Part shown: positions 10,921 to 25,351 of the stretch, in pieces | Layout of the letters: each line of letters begins with the position of its first letter | Position numbering within the stretch: position 1 is the stretch's first letter | NCBI GenBank assembly: GCA_000320545.1 | Contig: ADNK01003028.1 | Coordinates: forward strand, 1-41,482 | Length of the DNA stretch: 41,482 nucleotides | Direction of reading: 5' to 3' | Source of the DNA: Bigelowiella natans CCMP2755 | Taxonomy: Eukaryota > Protista > Cercozoa | Made by a program: the position numbers and the translations under genes | Notes under the pieces: generated by a model | Databases searched by the model: none | Seen by the model: the letters and a program-made list of their open reading frames with translations, nothing else | Told to the model about the DNA's origin: nothing

Positions 10921-13327
10921 TGTCGTGTTATAATGGCGGTCGATTGATGATCATGACCATGATTATGATGATGAGTCAGGATGCATTGATAAGGGTTTTA
11001 GTGTATGGTGGCAGTATAGATTGCATAGCGTAGTACCACATTGTTCCAGTCTCATTCATTCATTGATTTTGTATCTAAGTAATTCTTCTATTCATTTGAC
11101 TACCAATCTACTAATAATTTATTACAAATTATAACATGCATTGAAGTATCAATATTGATGGACAAATCAACTTAGGTCGGATATAAGATACAACCAGGAC
11201 AAACATTTCTTCAGGTAGTAACTTTACATAAAACATCTTATAATTAGGGTTGATCAGCACTAGAGTAGAAACCGCCATACGTGTCATCGTTGTCAAATAA
11301 CCACTACCACATCACCATATAAGAATCCAGCCGATCTTTAACAGTGATTGCTCTCTTCTCCCACACCCCCCACCCCTTCTCTCTATCCATAATCCATCTA
11401 TCCAGGTACCTATTCCAAAACCCCAACAAAGTACTTCAAAGAAAGAGGAGGTCATTAGCAAATAGTAGAAAGTAGTTAGCAATACGGAAGAAATTCGTGG
11501 TAACAGTATAGTTCTTAAAAATTTTGCTATTCATCGGTCACAGTACTTTTCGTGAATTTCTTGTCTCTGATCTACATTTGATGCGTTATTATAACAATCA
11601 ATGCGATTGTATGATAAATAATTACAGTTTCATTTCGGTTGTGTGTATGTGTGTGTGTGTGTGTGTGTGTGCAACGATGTCGACACGAAGATGATCAGTA
11701 CATGGGGGAGACAAGTGATTTATGAATAGCTTATAATATCTGATTGGTTGCCATCATTCACTCAATGGCTTTAGGACCCAGAGGCAGCTCAAAAGGAAAG
11801 CGGTGAACCAAAGGAAAAAAAGTCCAAAACGGCTTCCTCTTCTTCCTCTGCGACAGTAGCAGCAGGTAGCTGGGGCATGTATGTGGCTGCAGTTTTGATA
11901 ATAATGATGATAATGATGAAGTTGCTGATGGTGACGCTGCAGGTGCAAAGATGGAAACTGTTGAATATGAAGCGTGTTTTAAGAGAATGCTGGAAGCATA
12001 TACCCTGCAAGGATACACGTCACCAGTGACACAGCAAAAAGGTGTTGATTAGATGAGATTAGCGGGATGCAAGTAGAGAGCTAGACTATGATGATCTATC
12101 GAAACGGATATATCTATCTGAGAAGGAATCAAGGGAGGAAGAAGGAAGAAAGTAGTAGCAAACAGCAGCAATGTTACTGTTCACCACTACTAAATAAGGA
12201 TACATATCTTCTATTATTATTTAATGCACTCATGCAACTATGATGGTCTTCGTTGTTCTCCTCTTCTTCTTCTTCTTCTTCTTCTTCTTCTTCTTTTCCT
12301 CCTGCTGCTCCGGCTGCCTTCTGCTATATTTTGATAATCTTCATCCTTCATTATTTAGGAGTGGCATATCGTTCGTCACGCATGCGTACATTCCCTCAGT
12401 ATCTATTCATTCAGGTGTGTGTGGCGCTATAATATGAATCGAACGTTATGAATTGATTCTTGATGTTGTCTCGTTGATCACTGTTTTTCCTTCTTCTTGC
12501 ACAGATGTTAAGATTCGAGCAAGTAGACATGACAAAAGAAGGTAACGTGCTAGCTGCATTTCTATGTTGATCTTTTTCTATGTTAATCCTTTTATTATAT
12601 ATTTACCTATTTTGGTTACAGTGCCCTTTCACCAACCAATACTCATTCTACGACCCCCTCAAATTTATAGTTTCATACCCCCCGGCCACTCTCCTCCTTC
12701 TCCTCCTCCTCCTTCCTCCTTCCTCTATTGTTTGTAATAGGAAAGGGATATCAAATCCAAAAGATCAGGCGCATGGTATGGCTGATCTGCCATTCTGTTG
12801 ACGACCCCCCCCCCCCCCAAATATCCATCTTATTATTATCATTGTTATTTTTTGTTGCCGCGTCGTCTTATTCTTCTTCTTGTTATTATTCTTCGTCGCT
12901 GAGTGATGCTGCTTGGTGCAGGCAAACATGCCAGTAGAGTTGGATATTAAAATGTTAGCGTCTACTGGACTTCAGAAGGTGGAGAGAGAGAGAGGGAGAG
13001 AGAGAGAGAGATGTTGTGGAGGGGGTGGGTGGGAAGGGAGGAATACTGCAGATGAATGGATAAATTACGCATATGGTGAATATGTAAGCACGAAGGACAA
13101 TTTCAACGTCTAATAGAAAAATGTTATAATTTTATACGCTTGCTTCATTTTTAAATGCGAAAATCCATTGTTGTTCGTTACATTATCCACACATTACCAC
13201 CAATAATTAGGGAGAGACGGCCCTTCCAAAAGCAAAAAGTAAGTTCTAGAGCGGTGGTGTGAATAGAGGAGGAAGATAAATTGAGCAAAACAAACAAAAG
13301 AAGAAGAAGCAGGAACGAGAGAGGGAC

Positions 13328-13379
<52 letters not shown>

Positions 13380-13457
13380 AAAAAATTTAGTCTTTGCCCT
13401 GCTACTGTGACGTGTTAAACATGCCAAGAAATTTGTAGAATTCAACGAGGTTGGATG

Positions 13458-13531
<74 letters not shown>

Positions 13532-14293
13532 CCCGATGATTCATTCATTCCATTATAGTAGCGGTGAAGAAAAATAGAAATGGCGATGAATGATCATTCA
13601 TCGGTTCTTTTATCTTGTTTTCACTACTCGTCATACAGAAGCAAAGCCTCAGGCAAAGCCTGAAATAGTAGTTGCTGTGACTAGTATGGGTAACAACAAC
13701 TGCAACAATGAACAAATGGATTTAGAATACATGTATATGCATAGAGAGGAGGGAGTAGAAAATATACGACGACGACGGCGACGACGATAGAAGAAATAAC
13801 TTTACACTTTATTCACTACTTACTTCTTTGTGTACTGCCATTTTGTTAGGATTCTCTCAAAATGCTGGAATTCGCGCAGCATTGGTAGTAAAGATGATGA
13901 ACATACGCATAATAAGACGACGATTAGCCACTTTTAAAACAAGACTATAATCGATGGTGTTAAAGAGAGAACTACTAACAAAAAGGACGACAGTAAAAAC
14001 GTGATCGTCTGTTACTTCACAATAGTTGTTGATTTTGGCAAACATGTTTAACCAATCAACAAAGTCATCGATTGATCGAGAAATTTTCTCTTTCTTCTTC
14101 TCTATCTCTGCACCGCAAAGTCATCCCACTAATAATTCATCCTTCTGTTATAATCTGTAACCTTTCTTCATCAGGCGACTCAAAATGCTGGAGCGGAACA
14201 AGCTGTAAACTGGTAGTAGCAACTGATATGATGATTCATAGAATCTTAGTAGTGACTCACCCTTTGTTCAAATCCCTGCATGATGCTGTGTAT

Positions 14294-14329
<36 letters not shown>

Positions 14330-14836
14330 GGGTGTTGATGCATTCACAAGATGCGGATATTAATGACCCAATACAAGGTAGGATGGATAGTAGCAATGAT
14401 AATAGTATATTAGAAGACTGTATGAGAATTGATTCATTTATGGAGGTGGTAAGAGGAATAAGAGGAGGAGGAGGAGGCGGAGGGTAAAAGATGGAAACAA
14501 AGAAACAATTACAAAATGAGAAGTATTGATTCTTTATCAGATGGGGATGACGACGATGAGGAGGAGGAAGTGGTAAAACTACATTCAACCTCATTTCATA
14601 CATTTATCACCACCATCATTTCGACGATGACATAGCGATGGTCGGCTACCATTCTATTTCTATTATCCGAAAAGCAGCAGTACAATCATGCACATCAGCA
14701 GCATCCGAAGAGCAGCAGTACAATCATGCACATCAGCAGCATCCATCTGTAGTATCTGTGTATGTGTGTGTGTGTGTGTGTGTGAAGGATGCGGGCAAGG
14801 TGTCTCAAGTTGCTGCCATGGGTTTCAATCAGGTAA

Positions 14837-14871
<35 letters not shown>

Positions 14872-16296
14872 CAGTAGTTTGCTACACAATTAAGCTTACT
14901 TCGTTATTTTGGAGTACTTTTATGACATAAATATGTTGTAGTGGTGGTAGTTGTAGAGGCCTTCTTGCATACTTTGAACCAAACAATAACGATAATGTTC
15001 TCTATTTGCTTATTCTTAATTTCGTCATTTTTTCGATATGTTCTAGAAACATGCAATCAAGGCTTTGAAGGCTACCGACGGTGATGTTGCACGAGCAATT
15101 GACTGGCTGTTCAGCAGAGCGGTATTTTTGAAAAAATTATTATATATAGTATTTTTGAAAAAATTATTATATGTAGTATTTTTGAAAAAAATATTATATA
15201 TATTCACACACATATATGTGCATATATATAATATATATATAATATATATATGAACTAAAATATGCGTATATATGAGTGCGCGCGCACGCACGTGTGTGTG
15301 TGTGTGTGTGCGTGTGGATACTTGCGCGATTGGTAGGCACAGAATGTGCATGGAATAATAGTGATGGCATTATGATACATAATGATTATATGATCGTGTT
15401 ATCTAATTATCAAGGGGCAGCTCGATGACGACTCTTCCAGCGAGCAAAAGAAGAAAAAGATCGAACCTGGACAAAACACAGATAGGTAATAATTGTGTTA
15501 ATAATAATAATAAATGATGATAATAATTAGTGATATATTATAAGATTCGGCATTGCTGCACTGCTAGGGTCACTTTCTCCCCTTTTTCCTTCTTTCTTTC
15601 ACCAAATATACATGGTCTCCCTTCTTCTTCTGTTTCTTCTTCTTCTTCCTCTTCTTGTTCACCTCCCTGTTTAGTCCTAAATACAAGATCATGGGTTTCA
15701 TCTCTCATATTGGTATGTTAAGTAATTAAGAGATGGTATGATAACAAAACCAATAATAATGAAAATAATGATAATGGTATACGTGGTCATGATCATCATC
15801 ATGATAATATCTGGTGGTGCGACTATAACTTTACAATAATTTGGGATATTAAAGGCGACAGAGCAACTTCTGGTCACTACGTGTGCCATATCCTGAAGGA
15901 TCATGGGAAGGTACAAATAGTCTAGTTGTGATAGCCACATAAAATTTCGATGATGATGATGATAATGATGAAATTATGTGATGATAATGATGAAATTATG
16001 TGATGATAATGATGGTGATGCCGATGATGATGTTGATGACAATATTTAACATTTATACCTTCATCGCATCGATACAGAAAACATTATTTGCTACATATCT
16101 AAGCACATGCTATTACCATTAAAATAATAGTGGGTGCTCTACAACGACAACAAAGTTACATACTGTGAAAAGCCTCCTCTTGGTCTCGGGTAAGTACAAA
16201 AACGATAGGGGACTATGATGATTCAATGAATTCATGGCGATGATAATAACACCCATCTTTCTATCCAGTTACATATATCTTTATCGACGTGTTTGA
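7527..16296 (+). CDS. USP5: Ubiquitin C-terminal hydrolase 5/13/14 (isopeptidase T; ZnF-UBP, USP and two UBA domains), 39 exons, about 835 aa
   Basis: Continuous frame over 38 GT-AG introns. Motifs: KVYNRECVFSFQNPYSPGGLYVNL; NLWLNLSTGYIGSGR...YPLVVKLGTIT (ZnF-UBP); GLVNFGNTCYLNS (Cys box, about 9540-9710); RQQDAQEY; MGFSQNAGIRA and MGFNQKHAIKALKATDGDVARAIDWLFS (UBA x2); FISHIG..SGHYVCHI..WVLYNDNKV (His box); GYIYLYRRV then TGA at 16294-16296. Confidence 0.95.
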
Positions 16297-17233
16297 GCCT
16301 CGTTCCTGCCCTGAGCTGAAGAACAGCTGTGAATGCCTCTAAAAGTAGCATGCCACAGAGATGTGAAGCCATAGTTAGTATGATTTGGTTCAGTTTGGCA
16401 GCTTCCGTTTATCCGGCGCAGTCATTATATTGGAGCCACTTAAAGTACCGAGCACATCGTTTATGACATATTTTACACCTTATTAAAATAAAGGGCTATT
16501 CAAATCAAAATGTTCACGCATAGCCGGTGTTGTGATATTTTACAATTTCCTTATGAATGAATACAGGAGTGAAAATGCACAATGCAAAGACGCTCGCGTG
16601 TGTGCGCGCGCGAACGTTTGCAAAAAAGGGAGATGAACATGCATGCTCTAGTGCTGCATGTTTGCGAGAATATGTAAATCCACATTTACATATCTAGTAT
16701 GTGTTTGTGTCAACATGTGAGGCGGATAGCCTGATGGTTGTTGTCACATGTTTAGATTATCTAAAACGCTACATAACGCTACATGTACGAGCACCGCTTT
16801 TGCTTTGCTTTTCTTTTGTGTATTGGCACAACAGCGCTAGAGCGATTATATTCGACAAAAATTATAAGCAAGATGCAATGCTATCCTTCACATGCTCCAG
16901 CTTACTATAAAAAATCATTACTAACATCATAAGAATGTCTAGACATTATCAATCAATCGTGATCAGCTACAGCTGAAGCGGCGACGCAACTACCAAATGT
17001 GCATGCACCATCTAACGTGTACAGTTCGTATTGTAGTTGTCCTTCATGAACCACTCTAATGAGATCGATCAAAGGTTATCCTTTTCCACTTACATTTATT
17101 TAATGTGATGAAATAACTGGTGGTAGTTCATTTCCATGCTGCTGGGGTAGAGGATTTCTGATGAAACTTGGAGAAGTAGTAACTGAATAAGATGTTACTA
17201 ATCCAAAAACACTGTTACTCCAGGTACCACTAC

Positions 17234-18125
17234 TTATTTTGGTGGTTGCACTGATTCCTTTTTTTGTTCACCATCACTATTCATACTGCGTGTTCGGTGT
17301 CCGCGTTTTGGCGCAATACAGCTAACAACATTACCACATTCATTTTCGATGTCATTATCATCATCATCTTCTTCTTCTTCTAGGTGGTTACAGCTGTCTT
17401 CAACTTCCGAATTGGATGCAAGTAGTTGGTGCCTATGGCGAGAATGAACTTCTTCAAATTCAGAGGCCCTTCTACGGCGGTCATAGCAGCAATAAAATGA
17501 AAAGGGTGCTATCCATGATGAGTATAATTTGTTGAAGCATTTCGTTGAATAACTTGTTGTGATATCTCTAACTCCTATTTAAATAAATTAATACAGAATT
17601 CGTCAAGCTAATCGTAAGTTTCGCTCGTAATACTGATTGAGAAGGAAATCTCAGCTACAACACCAACAGCATAATGGATAGATGGCATGTGCATGAGCAA
17701 CACGTCAGTCAGTCACCTTTTGTCTCATCATGAATGTAAATAAACGCCAAGAATGCCAAGGTACGGCTCGCTATCATGATTCTGGAGTAGTCGGAGCAAC
17801 GTTTATGAGCAATAAACATCAGAGATATATAATTCCTTTGAAGTAGAGAAGAATATAGTGATATTGTATAGTATTTAGTGCAATTACCACTGCATGTATT
17901 ACCTATACCTCCTCCATGCTACTTACTAGTGTGACAAATAGTACATAGCGTATTAGTTCTGAGAAGAAGATGAAGAAGAAGAAGAAAAAGATAGTAGTAG
18001 CTACTACTACCCAAAGAGACTGAAGAATGCACTGGAAAAATCCTGCTTCGTCTGCAAATGAGCGTTTAGTAGCCTGTCACCGCTTTTATACCAAATTATT
18101 CCACTACGATGATGCTTTCCCTTTT

Positions 18126-18158
<33 letters not shown>

Positions 18159-18362
18159 ATAAGTAGCCAGGAGCAGCAGCAACAAAGACATCATCTTGTA
18201 ACAACATTTCAACCAGCACAATTCTGCTATAATGAATTTCCTATCATGAGAAGAGATATATAGCATGTATGCGGAAGACTGCAACGACAAGTATAATACC
18301 AAATGAATAGAATGCAGGCTACTATTACAATAGGTGTTGTTTAACAGTGTAGATACTGCTGC

Positions 18363-18405
<43 letters not shown>

Positions 18406-18974
18406 CACAGACAGTGTAACATCAAAGACAAAGCACACGTGTGCGACATGAATCATCATCATTAGTATACTGCTACTACTACGACTACTACTACTACTAC
18501 TACTACTACTTTAAAGATATAGCCGGTCATCTCTATCTTTGCAAGATAGTCCATTGCGTACGCGAAGGGGTTCAAATATCTGGTGAAGTTGATCACTGGA
18601 TTTTTATCTTTGATAGAAGAATAAGAACAGCAAGAAAAAGAAGAGTAACAAAAATGAATAAGAAGGAGGCATAGGATGAGAGGAAGAAGAAATAAAGGAT
18701 TTGAGAAGGATTTGATTTTATATTGGAGGAAAGAAGATAAATCATTTGTTATTTATATCATCACAATAGAATAAAACACTGTTCATTCTTGTCGTTCTTG
18801 TTGTTCTTCTTAGAAGAAAGAACAACAGCAACTACCACAACAACAACAACTACTGCTTTTGTCACGCAATTACGTGTTATATTGTTCCCTCCTAGCAGCA
18901 TCATCAACACCGTTGGGGGCTAACAGATGAGAGAGAGAAACAACAGAAGGACAAATAATAATTAGATGATACAA

Positions 18975-19013
<39 letters not shown>

Positions 19014-19885
19014 ACATGATTGTGAAGACCAAAACAAACATGCATGTTTCCATAAATTTGCTTGTACGTTCATTTTATGAGGTGCTTATAGCACTATATT
19101 CTTCTTAATATAGTAGTATTTGCAATGATAATAATAATAATAGACCGTATGTAGCATGAGGGCAAGGAGCGATGAAGGACTAATGACGGCGCATAGCAGT
19201 CCCAAGCTTTCATTGACCTTTTGTGTGTAGAGTAGCAGGTCATTTATAATTTATCAATTTATTTGTCCATGATGATGGTGCTAAAGAAGGAACATTAGAT
19301 AAATGACATCGTTGTGTTGCTATAACAAGAGGGCGAGGAGATGGAAGAGATAAAGGAAAGAAGGAGTAGGAGGAGTATGATGAGGAGGAGCGGCAAAACC
19401 TCACTCTCACGACCGTGATATTATAAAGATCTTTTCTTCTTCTTCTTCTTCTTCTTCTTCTTCTTCTCTCCTTCTCTGTGCCTCATCTTGACTTTTGCAC
19501 TACTACAACTGCTACTATTACTACTAGTACTACTACTACGACGACTACTACTACTACTAATACAACTACTACAACTGTCTACAAGTACTAACCAGCATAA
19601 ACATGATAATTATAGCTGTGAACTGCCAGAAAGTGCCTGCATAAACATGATAATTATAGCTGTGAACTGCCAGAAAGTGCCTTATGGTATCATCATCATC
19701 ATCATCATCATCATCATTATCATAATCTACTTGATCAACTACAATAGTGCCTCACTGCTACCAGGTGGTGGTGGCAGTGATGTTATTCCTCTCATTGTTG
19801 GGTGTGTATGATGAGAGTACATTTGATGTGTTTATTATCATACATGTATCATCATTACCACTACCACCTCACCATATTATTATTA

Positions 19886-19919
<34 letters not shown>

Positions 19920-21396
19920 TTGATGAAGGCCTGCAAGCGGGTGGTATATAGACGCAAAGACAAGTCCCATCGTCACTTCCGCTATCATCCACACCATACT
20001 CAATGAAATCTATTGTTGTAGTAGAATAATTGTTTATTTCATGGTGGTAATAAGTGTCTGCAGCACTACTGCATACGATGTTTTGTTATTATTATTTTTT
20101 TAACTATTATTATTATCATTGTTTTTATACTTGTCATCGAACGGTGCACGGCACATAGATAACATACAAAATACGCTGAAAGTGAATAGAGCCTCATTGA
20201 TGTTTCTCTTCGGACCTATACCGAAGAAGAAGAAGAAGAAGAGAAAGAGAAAGAAGAAGAAGGAGAGAAAGAGAAAGAAGAAGGAGAGATTCGTGTTCAA
20301 CAATTGCAAGAAGGAAAGTGGTAGATAAAATAAAATCAGTATTAAAATCTCTGCATTGCATTATCGTGGGATGTAATGTTACCTAACGAATGACATCATC
20401 ATCATCATCATCATCATCATCATTATTAGTTATTTCTTTATAGCAACACACGCACCGATTTTCTCTCAGATTCGAATCTAAGGAGGAGCGACGATGAAGC
20501 ACATAAGTATGAATATAATTAGAAGCAGAAGTGGGGGAGATCTTGCCAATTATCGCCACCATCATCATCTCCACCATCATCACCATCATCATCATCATCA
20601 TCATCATCGATGCGTGAATAAAGAACAGAGCAAATGTTGAGCTAGTAAGGTTGATTGTCTCTTTTGGTGAATAAAGAACAGAGCAAATGTTGAGCTAGTA
20701 AGGTTGATTGTCTCTTTTGGTAGGTAGGTAAGCATTTATTTTATGTTTGCCATACTCGCTCATCAGGGAGTCGTCGTTGGGCACATATCACGACAACGAC
20801 AACAACAGCATTGTATAGACACTACATACATGCTTGCATGTGCATACTTGGCAATACTGTTAAACCCCGGGGCAAAGGCTGTGATGATTAAAATGACATC
20901 TATTGCACCGATGTGTTCCTGTTATTATAAACACGAAGAAGAAATATAAGAAGGCGCGTATATGAAAAGACCGATGGAGAGTGATTAAAAGATGATGAGC
21001 AGCGATAACTAGGCAGCAAAAAGACACTCACTCTATGGTGCCTTTTCCTTTCTAGTTGTTTTATGAAATCATATTGCATCAAGCTCAGAATGACTACCAC
21101 CATTACCACCACTACCACAATTACTACCACTTACTCACACAACATCGTACAACATAGTCCCTCTCTTCCTCTTCCTCCTCCTCCTCTTCATTACCCTTGG
21201 ATCTTTGGCTAAGTCAAGCTTTTCCCTCCTGCTCAAACATCACAAAAGCGGAGGATGGGGAGGAGGGGAGGATTAGGCGGATGGAGAGGGACATGATGAT
21301 ATATCATAATTGTGATTTGTGATGATTTATATGAAGTAACAGCAGTAGCATCAGACGGACCATTGTGCCATCATTTAAATTAAAAACATACTACTG

Positions 21397-21429
<33 letters not shown>

Positions 21430-21519
21430 TTACTACTCCTACTACTATTCATAATTTATTCTTGTCGTTCCCAATTACTACCTACCTACCTACCTACCTA
21501 CCACAACTACAACTACCCT

Positions 21520-21575
<56 letters not shown>

Positions 21576-22513
21576 CGGTATCGATCTATCATCTTTATTG
21601 ACACCTCCACCACACACATATCTTAGCACTATCATTATTTCTACTAATCTTACAGTGAGTGATAAAAGCTTCCGATCACGACGGCAGCAGCAATGTAGTT
21701 AAAAAGCTTTGATCATAATTAGATTATACGTGCATAGTAGTGAATTTCATGGCAATAAAAAATAGAGGCAGATCGGGTAATAATAATAATAATAATATTA
21801 GCGATAAAGAGTAGTAGTAATATTCATACACCACACTAAGCATCGTGGAAGAGTAATAGTAAATATTCATACACCACACTAAGCATCGTGGAAGATTAGT
21901 AGTAAATATTCATACACCACACTAAGCATCGTGGAAAATAAGCGTCGTACTACTACTAGTAGTAGTAGTGTCAGCATTCATATTTTATTGTTTATGCGAA
22001 ACAACACTGAGTGTCCTTCATAACAATATACATCATCATTATCATTAAACCAATGCCTGGAGACATAATCGATTACGCCAAAAATCGGTTATTTTCCGAC
22101 GAGCAAGGTGCATAAATTGTACGCACCAACGAGGGCCTTCTCCGACAACCATCTTGTCCTTCTTAGTATTATTCTTAGAAATATCAATCTTTTTCCCCTC
22201 ATGATTCCTGGTGGTGCTGCTCCCCGTATTTCACGACAGTAGTAGGAGCAGTAATATCAGTTGATGTCGTCGTCGTCGTCGTCAACTTGGACCTACATCC
22301 AACTCTCTTGACGTGACAACTGTCCTCCTGAAAGGTGCCGACTTTTCTCTTTAGTTGGGGTAATTCGTCAGAGAAAAAGAGGAGAAGGTTCCTCAGATAG
22401 CATACACACACACACACACACACACGCAGGCACGCACACATGTATCTCCTCATCTGTAGTGGACTTCTCAGTTATACAGCATGTATATGTTAATATATGT
22501 GTATATATATATA

Positions 22514-22552
<39 letters not shown>

Positions 22553-22866
22553 TTGCATCATCATCATCATCACTAGAATCTATCTCTGTGTTCACATACT
22601 TCTTCCTCTTCCTCTTTATTTGCAAGATTCTTCTTTTCGTCGTCATCGTCGCTGTCTTCAAAAGCAGGAGCATGGCTGCTGTACTCGTTTCTTCCCTCCT
22701 CTTCCATGTCAAACGCAGAAGCGATTAATTCCAAACAGATGTCTTCGTTCTCAATTAGCTAAAAATAAGCATATGTTGATTCAATTAGATGGTAATTTCC
22801 CTTCGTATCTCAGTGCTGCCAGAATGTAGTAGGTAGGCACCTCCCTGTCGTGGTGTCTTCTGTACT

Positions 22867-22902
<36 letters not shown>

Positions 22903-23269
22903 GCAGTACCTCAAGGTAGCGCTCAGCAGGGCACATATTGATCGGAATATCATATCCAAATGACCCGAAGAACTCTACGTACAGGGGTGTATGTATGTAT
23001 GTGTGTATGTATGTATAAATGTATGTATTGAGAGAAATGAGAAAAGAGAATTTGTTTAAGTTGATGGGATTTATCTGGAAGTTTAGAAAGAAGAGAATAG
23101 GCAGATATGCAAGAAAGTTTAATCATAAATAAGAGAGAACGTTTAGTGTTGTCGTGTCCGCCTGAATGAATAAGCTTTCCGTGCGAAAGAAGCATTATGA
23201 TATCAATTTGATTAAATAGCCTGTAGCTGGGCTGGTGAATTGAAAGAAACATGATCTTCCCCTGTAAGA

Positions 23270-23304
<35 letters not shown>

Positions 23305-25351
23305 ATTAAGCATATCGTAGACCATCTCCCTTCCGCACTAAAGATTGGCTATTGTCAGTTGAGAAGGGGGATACAGAGGGCTGACGCTGTTCGCAGCCGT
23401 TGATATTTGTATTATCAACAACTGCCAAATCATCATCATCATCATCTTCATCTCCATTCCGTCATTATATCGGAACATCTATCATCACCTTCAAGGAGAT
23501 ATCCTTTGCTAGTTTAATTACGTTCAGAGCAGCGTTTGAGTCAAGGCTTGAAGTGGGCTCATCCTGAGGAGGAGGAGGAGGAGGAGGAATGGAGAGAAGA
23601 ACAATCGAACATGAGAAACGAATCATTATCATTACAACTATGGATATGATACTCAATATCAAACAACTGCCTCCTCCTCCCTCTCATGAGTCGTCGTTTT
23701 CTTCTTTAACACATACTATTGGCCCTTTTTGTTACTCATATTGTATTTTCTTCCCCTCTACTGCTACTACCACCAGTACCATTACTACTACTACTACTAG
23801 CACACTATTTTTTACCAGCACGTAGATATCGGACTCTTCCAGTAGATGTTCAGCAAACACAACCCGCTGCTTCTCACCTCCTGAAAGACCTTGGATGTTG
23901 CAGTACCGATCTACTCCTGCAGCAGTGGTGAGTAAGTAATAGATAAAATAAATAATATATGTATGTGGGAGGGAGATAATCGCTGATATCACACATACAT
24001 ACATACTTACATACACAGATACACAAAAAAATGCATAAATACATGCTACGAACATGCACAACACGCCAGTTTTAAGCTTGGCCAACAAATTAGAAATTGT
24101 ATCGTATAAAAACATTTATAATACCTTCGCCTCCAATGATAGAATCAGCTTTATGAGATAAAGCCAAAGAATGCAACACCTAGTATACAGGGTAGTAGTA
24201 TAGTAGTAGTAAAAGTAGTAGTAGTAGTAGTAGTAGTAGTAGGCAAGAACAGGTAGTAGCTTCTTGTTAGATTGATACTCTATATCATACCATTTACCAT
24301 CTCATGTTAGATTGATACTCTACATCATACCATTTACTATTATTGTCACCACCACGTACCGAGTCAACTTTTTCCCTAATCATCTCCTCAGAATCGTTGA
24401 AGTTGGACTTAAACCTTGCAGAGAAGGTAAGAGCCTCTCTTACCGTGGCAGTGGGCTGGAGGGAAGTGTCTTGATCCTATGCAGCAGCAGCAGCAGCAGA
24501 TGCAGCATCAGGCATCAGCGTATGTTGTGTTGCCATTAATTATCAATGCTTAAACTCAATTTATGCTTATACTATGCTATCCTCTTCCAAAATTGTCATC
24601 ATTTTAACTTTCATCACTAGCATTGTTATCCTCCTCGATGTTCGAACATGAACAATTTTGTCGCCTATTCTCATCACCACTACCGCCACAACAAATCATC
24701 ATCCTTCTCGAATTGGTTGGGTTGGTGAAAGACCATGAAGGATATATTCTTCGCTCGCCATTGAGGGGTCATTTTAGAGCCGTTGATGTAAACAGCACCG
24801 TTAGTCTGCGCAATAAACACAGAGCAGCTAAAGGCATCGCACAACGACTTTTAGTTTATTTGTGCGTACAAAGCAACTAAATAGACCATTTCACAGACAT
24901 TTCACGAACAAATACGAAATAATTACATGTACTTGTGGTCTTAACTCTTCAGAATCAACGTAATTTGGTATAAAGATTTGATTCAGTGATATAAATTGTG
25001 GCTTCTGCTAGTTTCATCAGCTGCACAAACGCCACCTTCGCTTGTAGGCGTCTTCCAGCTATAAACTTCATTAGAGTCGATTTTCCTGCTCCAGAGGGTC
25101 CAAGCAGTCCATAAAGAGCTCCACCCATCACAGAAAAACTGACATCCTTTTTACATTGACACCAAATCTATGAATCACTATGCAAAAACTTGACAAGTTG
25201 TATGATAAACAACTATATAGAATGTATTATTGTAGTCATATTCGTGAAGATGTAAGTGGTAGTGGTGGTGGAATACTACATCAATTAGGGCAGTATCCTT
25301 GCCAGTAGGCGTGGTGGTAGAGACGTTCAGGCTCTTCAGTTGAAGCTTCAT
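17234..25351 (-). CDS. ABCG/White-family half ABC transporter (NBD-TMD), more than 20 exons; may extend 5' to an ATG at 25974
   Basis: Walker A GPSGAGKST (about 25076-25102), TATVREALTFSA, signature LSGGEKQR (about 23865-23888), Walker B IYVL/DEPTSSLDS, H-loop SIHQPS, then WCVQFMHLARRKITDFWRN, FESERKSVRRE, YLNPFAYAMD and hydrophobic ABC2 membrane exons. Start and last exons are less certain. Confidence 0.9.
19595..19682. repeat. Perfect 44-nt tandem duplication covering an ABCG acceptor AG and almost the whole exon
   Basis: GCATAAACATGATAATTATAGCTGTGAACTGCCAGAAAGTGCCT at 19595-19638 and 19639-19682. Confidence 0.95.
21816..21936. repeat. Intronic 42-43 nt tandem repeat, three copies
   Basis: Core AATATTCATACACCACACTAAGCATCGTGGAA occurs three times head-to-tail. 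Confidence 0.9.

Noticed and set aside
21816-21936. CRISPR-like repeat array
   Set aside because: Head-to-tail copies with no unique spacers, inside a eukaryotic intron, with no cas genes.
23140-23165. Apparent GC donor (CAG|GCGGAC) in ABCG
   Set aside because: A GT donor 21 nt further on has the same phase and keeps the expected spacing to the FF..FGY motif, so no non-canonical site is needed.
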